DNA of 64,000 nt from Buchnera aphidicola (Schlechtendalia peitan) (lineage in GTDB: Bacteria > Pseudomonadota > Gammaproteobacteria > Enterobacterales > Enterobacteriaceae), in the NCBI GenBank assembly GCA_039830055.1, contig CP140043.1, forward strand, positions 538,355 through 602,354, written 5' to 3'. Below the pieces are notes generated by a model. That model searched no databases and had not been told where the DNA came from. It worked only from the letters and a program-made list of their open reading frames with translations. Within the stretch, counting starts at the first letter, position 1. Each line of letters begins with the position of its first letter. Of this stretch, positions 58,636-64,000 are shown one piece after another. A program made the position numbers and the translations under genes.

Positions 58636-58792
58636 ATAGTGTATTTTCAATAAAAAAAAATTATTTTCATAATTATATTATTAAAAAAGATAATTTAAAT
58701 TATTAAAAAGTTCTGTATAATTACTCAATATTTGAATATACAAGTATTATATAGATTTTATATAAATATTATTTTATAAAATTAAAAATAAA

Positions 58793-59032
58793 TTACACAT
58801 TATTCATTTTATTTAATAATCCATTCAACATATCTTTCCATATATCTCGTTCTTCTATTAATTTTTTATTGTTTTCCTCTATTTTTGTTTTAACTAAAGA
58901 TAACGCATCAATTTCTTGTATGTAATTATCATTTTTTTCTTTTAGCTCTTTTAATTCCATTTGCAATAATAAAATAGTATCAATAGCTTGTTGTATCTTT
59001 TCCTCTAATTTTGAAAATATCTCAAAAATCAT
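58793..59032 (-). CDS. zapB: Cell division coiled-coil protein ZapB
   Basis: 79 aa. FSKLEEKIQQAIDTILLLQMELKELKEKN aligns with E. coli ZapB [29 protein letters not shown]. Confidence 0.9.
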   Translation of the reverse strand: MIFEIFSKLEEKIQQAIDTILLLQMELKELKEKNDNYIQEIDALSLVKTKIEENNKKLIEERDIWKDMLNGLLNKMNNV

Positions 59033-59322
59033 TAATTGATGTCCTTATGAATAATATCATTATTACTTGTTTTTACAGTTAAAATTTTTAATTAAATCAA
59101 ATTAAAAATATAAACTCTTTCCTATAAAATTTTTTAAAACTATGTAATATTTCAACTATACAATTTTTTATATAAAAAATCTTAACCTATTTAAAACGAT
59201 ACAATGCACTAACAATACAATATAAAAAACTAAAGATTTTTTAAACTAAATATGTTTTTTAAAAAAAATTTGTTATACGTTGTATTAATATTAAAATTTT
59301 TTATACAAACTAATAACAAAAT

Positions 59323-59901
59323 TTATTGTAAAATCCATTCTATAGTTCTGTTTAAAAATTTTGTACCTAAAGTAGTTAATATAGATTCAGGATGAAATTG
59401 AAAACCACAAACTTTATCATTATCATTTCGAATTGCCATTACCATATTATTATAATATGCATTAACTGTTAATACATTAGGAATATTACTACAAATAAGA
59501 GAATGATATCGTGCTACCAAAAAAGGATTAGGTATATCATTAAACATTGCTTTTTCATCATGTTTAATTAAAGAAGCTTTTCCATGTAATATTTCTCCGG
59601 AACATTTTATATCACCTCCATATACTTTTACAATGGCTTGATGTCCTAAACAAATACCAATAATAGGTATCTTACCACGTAAGATCTCTAACAGTTCTAA
59701 CATACAACCTGCGTTTTCTGGACGCCCTGGTCCAGGTGATAACATTAAAATAGGATTACACATTTTAGACAATTTTTTTAAAATAACATTAACCGAAGTT
59801 GTATTACGATAAACAACAACATTATGATTATTAATTCGTAGTTGATCTACTAAATTATACGCAAACGAATCAATATTATCTAATAAAAATATATTGTTCA
59901 T
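59323..59901 (-). CDS. trpG: Anthranilate synthase component II (stand-alone glutamine amidotransferase)
   Basis: [30 protein letters not shown] and FQFHPES form the triad-GATase signature. The ATG at 59901 lies 2 nt after the trpE stop; the track start at 59922 is a GTG extension. It is not fused to trpD. Confidence 0.95.
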   Translation of the reverse strand: MNNIFLLDNIDSFAYNLVDQLRINNHNVVVYRNTTSVNVILKKLSKMCNPILMLSPGPGRPENAGCMLELLEILRGKIPIIGICLGHQAIVKVYGGDIKCSGEILHGKASLIKHDEKAMFNDIPNPFLVARYHSLICSNIPNVLTVNAYYNNMVMAIRNDNDKVCGFQFHPESILTTLGTKFLNRTIEWILQ

Positions 59902-59903
59902 TG

Positions 59904-61463
59904 TTAACACTCTATATAACACGAATGTGATTCAGAAATAGCTTGTAATACAGCTTTAGCTTTATTTCTACTTTCTTCTGCTTCCAACTTTGGTATAGAA
60001 TCTAAAACTATTCCCGCACCTACTTGAATGGTAGCAATATTCTTTTCAACATATGCAGAACGAATAACAATACACATATCTAACGTTCCTGAAGCAGTAA
60101 AATATCCTATAGATCCCCCATAACTACCTCTTTTTTCTTGTTCTACTTCAGAAATTAATTCCATAGCACGAATTTTTGGAGCACCACTTAACGTTCCCAT
60201 ATTCATACATGCTTGATATGCATGAAAAATATCTAAATTTGATTTTAACGTTCCTACTACTCGTGAAACCAAATGCATAACATGAGAATATCGATCTACT
60301 TTCGTTAAATCAGCTACATAACGAGTACCAGGATCACAAATCTTTGCTAAATCATTTCGCGCTAAATCTACTAACATTAAATGTTCAGATAATTCTTTAT
60401 GATTTGTACGCATTTCTAATTCTATTCTACTATCTAAATCCAAATCTATTGATCCATCAAATTTTCTTCCCCTAGGTCTAGTTCCTGCAATAGGATAAAT
60501 TTCAATTTTCCTTGATGATACATTATATTTTAGAGAGCTTTCTGGGGAAGCCCCGAATAAAGTAAAAGTAGAATCTTGCATAAAAAACATATATGGACTA
60601 GGATTCTTCTTCTTTAAAATATCATAAGCTTCTAATGAATTAACGCATGGTAAATAAAACCTTCTAGACGGTACAACTTGAAAAATTTCTCCAACTATTA
60701 TCGATTTTTGCATTTTTTTAATAATTTCTTCATATTCCTCATCTGTTTTATTGCATGTTAAAATCATTTTTTTAAAAATACTCGGCTTTAACGGATACAT
60801 ACATTGAGATAATTTCTTCTTAATATCTAATAACCTCAACTGTAATCGATTTTTTTCAAACGTATTTAAAGAAAACAAACTAGCTTGTATATAACAAGTT
60901 TTTTTTTCATGATTTAAAACAAGTAGTATTTCAGATAAATAAAAGCAAAAATCAGGACAGGATTGAGTAGTTTTCAACTTAGGTAAATCTTCAAAACTCG
61001 ATACTAAATCATACGCAAATAAACCTCCAAAAAACATAGATTTAGAAAATCTATTATTGTTTACACTATCTATTAACAATCTTATTGAATCAAATATAGA
61101 TAATACATGTAATTTTTTATCTTCATCTATATTTCTAGGAATTGCAGGAAATTCAATTTTTAAAATATTACTGTTAGTAAGTATTTTAACTTCGTTTGGT
61201 AATAAAGACTTAAATATTGGTAATAAACTCGCACCATTTTCGGTTAATGCCTCTAATGAAACTATTCTATCCAAAGCTGAAATGCGTAATGCAGAATCTA
61301 CAATCATCATACTTTCTAAATTATGTTTTTTATTAATCTCTGCTGATTCTAAAAGTAATGTGTGATATTTACCACGACAAATATGATTAAAAGTAACTGT
61401 TGGATTTGGTTGATAAAGTGCCTCAATTTTTAAAACATCCATTTTTTTGAGATGTTTATTCAT
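59904..61463 (-). CDS. trpE: Anthranilate synthase component I
   Basis: 519 aa with [34 protein letters not shown] and GGSIGYF, colinear with E. coli TrpE. Confidence 0.97.
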   Translation of the reverse strand: MNKHLKKMDVLKIEALYQPNPTVTFNHICRGKYHTLLLESAEINKKHNLESMMIVDSALRISALDRIVSLEALTENGASLLPIFKSLLPNEVKILTNSNILKIEFPAIPRNIDEDKKLHVLSIFDSIRLLIDSVNNNRFSKSMFFGGLFAYDLVSSFEDLPKLKTTQSCPDFCFYLSEILLVLNHEKKTCYIQASLFSLNTFEKNRLQLRLLDIKKKLSQCMYPLKPSIFKKMILTCNKTDEEYEEIIKKMQKSIIVGEIFQVVPSRRFYLPCVNSLEAYDILKKKNPSPYMFFMQDSTFTLFGASPESSLKYNVSSRKIEIYPIAGTRPRGRKFDGSIDLDLDSRIELEMRTNHKELSEHLMLVDLARNDLAKICDPGTRYVADLTKVDRYSHVMHLVSRVVGTLKSNLDIFHAYQACMNMGTLSGAPKIRAMELISEVEQEKRGSYGGSIGYFTASGTLDMCIVIRSAYVEKNIATIQVGAGIVLDSIPKLEAEESRNKAKAVLQAISESHSCYIEC

Positions 61464-62204
61464 TTTTTATTTTGTTCCAAATTTTATTATATATATTAAA
61501 TTTTAAAAATTTAAAATAATTAATTGCATTCCTAATATACTAATATTATATTATTTTTATTATTAGTTTAATAAATTGTTATATATGTTTTAAATAATAA
61601 ACATTCAACTAACATTACATTATTTTAAATTTAAATAATTTTTATATTACATGATTTAATACTCATTACTAATACTATTTATTATCAATAAATTATATTT
61701 TAAAATATTTATAATAAATAATAATAAAAATTAAAATATTTAAATGCATTTAGTATGTTAATATATTTCAAACTAAAGTAAATAAATTATTTTAATATAC
61801 ATGAAAATATCATTTGAAAATTTTAAAAATATTTGAACGTTTATTTATAAAAATGATAACAAACTTTCAAACAAAATTATTTAAACATATTAAAACTAAT
61901 TATCACAAAAATCTAAAAAAATAATGCTTATTATCACGACCGAAAATATTTAAATGTCATTCATATTACAAAAATAGTACTATTAATCATGTTATGTTAA
62001 ATTTATATAACAAAATTATAAGCTTTGTATATATAAATAATATATTTTCAATATTACATGTTACTCCTAAATAAAATAATTATTTTATAATAATAACTTA
62101 TCATATATTTTTTAGTATATAAAATACGATAATTCATCATACTATATGAAAAATATACAAATTTAAATCAATCAGAACATCAAAATATTAAAGGAACATC
62201 TAAT

Positions 62205-62954
62205 ATGAATGATTGGACTATAGCTAAAATAGTAAAAATTAAAAAATGGAAAAATAACTTATTCAGTTTAGTGTTACAGGCATCTATCTATCCTTTTATT
62301 GCTGGACAATTTTCTAAATTACTATATATTAAAAAAAATGAGAAAAATATTCAGCGTGCATATTCATATGTAAATTCTCCTAAAGATAAAAATTTAGAAT
62401 TTTACATAGTATTAAATCCAAATGGAACACTTACAAAAAAATTATATAATTTATCAATGTTTGATACAATAATGATTAAAAAAACAGCATCAGGATTTTT
62501 TACTTTAAACGAAATTCCAAAGTGTAAAAATTTATGGATGTTTGCTACTGGCACAGGAATTGGACCTTATCTTTCTATTTTACAATGTCAGGACGGCACT
62601 GAAAAATTTGAAAATATTGTACTTGTACATGCAGTACGATATCAGAGTGACTTAACATATTTACCTTTGATGAATAATTTAGAAAAAAAATATAATGGTA
62701 AACTAAAAATACAAACTATTGTTAGCAGAGAACTTACACAGTCTACATTACACGGTAGAATTACTACATTACTAGAAAATGGCATTCTAGAAAAAACATT
62801 AGATATGAAAATTAATAGAAAGACTTGCCATGTTATGTTATGTGGAAATCCTGGAATGGTAAAAGACACACAAAAATTTTTTTTAGAAAAAAGAAATATG
62901 AAAAAACATTTACGAAAAAGTTCTGGGCATATTACTAGTGAAAATTATTGGTAA
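62205..62954 (+). CDS. fpr: Ferredoxin/flavodoxin--NADP+ reductase
   Basis: 249 aa with [35 protein letters not shown] and a C-terminus ending ENYW, colinear with E. coli Fpr. An AAGGAA Shine-Dalgarno sequence lies upstream. Confidence 0.95.
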   Translation: MNDWTIAKIVKIKKWKNNLFSLVLQASIYPFIAGQFSKLLYIKKNEKNIQRAYSYVNSPKDKNLEFYIVLNPNGTLTKKLYNLSMFDTIMIKKTASGFFTLNEIPKCKNLWMFATGTGIGPYLSILQCQDGTEKFENIVLVHAVRYQSDLTYLPLMNNLEKKYNGKLKIQTIVSRELTQSTLHGRITTLLENGILEKTLDMKINRKTCHVMLCGNPGMVKDTQKFFLEKRNMKKHLRKSSGHITSENYW

Positions 62955-63630
62955 AATTAAAATTTTTCTTAAAAAAATTTCGATACATTCTCCACAATTT
63001 TCTATAAAATTTTTAAAATACTATCAAAAAATACAATACATAATTTTGATATACGTTATTTAAAATATGAAATTATATAATATATATAAAAATAATAAAT
63101 TTAAATATTTTAACATAACAAAAAAATTACAAAAATAACTAAATCTAAAACACGATAAAACTTTTTTATATTTTTTAAAAACTAAGTATATTCGTTTAAA
63201 ACACAAAAAATTATTCTTTAAAATACAAAAGATAATATAACATGCAGAATTATTATAAAATATTCTTATGTAATATAAATTTTTATAATAATTATAAAAA
63301 ATATAATATTTATTTATAATTTTTAAACTTGTTTACTAATAATATTTTTCTTGTTAAAAATACCATTTGTACATTTATACAATACATAATTTATTTTTGC
63401 TTTTATATATTTTAAAAAATAATATATAAAAATTTTAAATTAACTAATTATATATTTAACTAAATTTCAAATTTCGTGCGTTATTTAAATTGTTAATTTC
63501 TTCAATACAGTGTTAACAAATCTTAATTTAAACTATCTTAAAAACATATCTTAGCCATTTTTTATAATTAATTTTGAAATTTCGTAAACACATTCTAATT
63601 AATAATTATTAAAATTTTTACAAGTATATA

Positions 63631-64000
63631 TATGGAAAAAAAAATACTTTATCCTGGAACATTCGATCCAATTACATTTGGACATTTAGATATCATACAT
63701 AAAGTTTCAAAAATATTTAATTTTATTATCATTGCAATCTTTGAAAATCTCAATAAAAAACCATTATTTACTATACATGAACGTATAAAATTCATAAAAA
63801 AAACCACTAAAACATGTAAATGTGTAAAAAAAATTATTAGTTTTGATGATCTATTAATCCATATTGCAAAATCTGAAAATGTAAATCATGTCGTTCGAGG
63901 AATTCGAACATCATCAGATCTCGAATATGAATGCAATATGTTTAATATAAATAAAAAATTATATCCAAAACTAGAACATATCTTATTTTTTTCATCTCCA
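63631..64000 (+). CDS. coaD: Phosphopantetheine adenylyltransferase (5' partial, runs off the window)
   Basis: Translating from the ATG at 63631 by hand gives MEKKILYPGTFDPITFGHLDII..KKPLFT..VRGIR..EYE, matching E. coli CoaD (YPGTFDPITNGHIDI). The frame is open to the window end, so the ORF is absent from the ORF track. Confidence 0.9.

Noticed and set aside
61464-61700. Search for a trpL-type leader peptide or attenuator upstream of trpE, and for a Leu-run leader upstream of leuB and leuA.
   Set aside because: No tandem Trp codons were found: the plus strand has only one CCA near the start, and no short ORF with consecutive Trp or Leu codons was seen. No GC-containing alternative hairpins were seen either.
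62988-62996. DnaA-box-like 9-mer TTCTCCACA downstream of fpr, plus TTATCAC motifs at about 61891 and 61930 upstream of trpE. I considered them plasmid-ori remnants flanking trpEG.
   Set aside because: These are single, mismatched copies with no clustering and no AT-rich 13-mer array distinguishable from the background. They are not sufficient to call an origin relic.

Overview
This window is a very AT-rich, tightly packed segment of a reduced gammaproteobacterial endosymbiont chromosome, with no mobile elements. Gene content and order run from the str operon (rpsL-rpsG-fusA-tuf) through tusBCD, fkpA, aroKB, rpe, trpS, deoBD, prfC, dnaB, the rpsF operon, purA, hflKC, miaA, mutL, mtlAD, pgi, orn, amiB and hslVU to fpr and coaD. 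This matches the Buchnera aphidicola backbone as I remember it; strain and species cannot be verified here. All homology calls are by-eye alignments to E. coli proteins recalled from memory.

I annotate 55 apparently intact protein genes, 2 frameshifted genes (mutL, amiB), 1 candidate gene relic (yqgE), 4 tRNAs and 2 intrinsic-terminator hairpins. I see no CRISPR array, IS element, prophage, toxin-antitoxin pair or recognisable defence system. Every ORF of 100 aa or more that is not an antisense shadow has a clear housekeeping identity, so I do not think the window hides a novel multi-gene system.

The observations most worth a second look:
- A 91-aa FtsN reduced to cytoplasmic tail, TM helix and essential domain. 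Its neighbour AmiB appears to have lost its AMIN domain.
- mutL and amiB are each interrupted by a single frameshift inside a poly(A) tract. Both are candidates for rescue by transcriptional slippage.
- A chromosomal leucine cluster in circularly permuted order (leuB-leuC-leuD-spacer-leuA), inserted antiparallel between ruvX and hemW. This is the order expected from linearising a circular leu plasmid.
- A chromosomal single-copy trpEG between zapB and fpr.
- Fossils of lost functions: a decayed LexA box upstream of ssb, a yqgE relic, and deletion scars at the positions of dam/damX, hfq/hflX and priB.
- Several 0.4-1 kb AT-only spacers with no assignable content.
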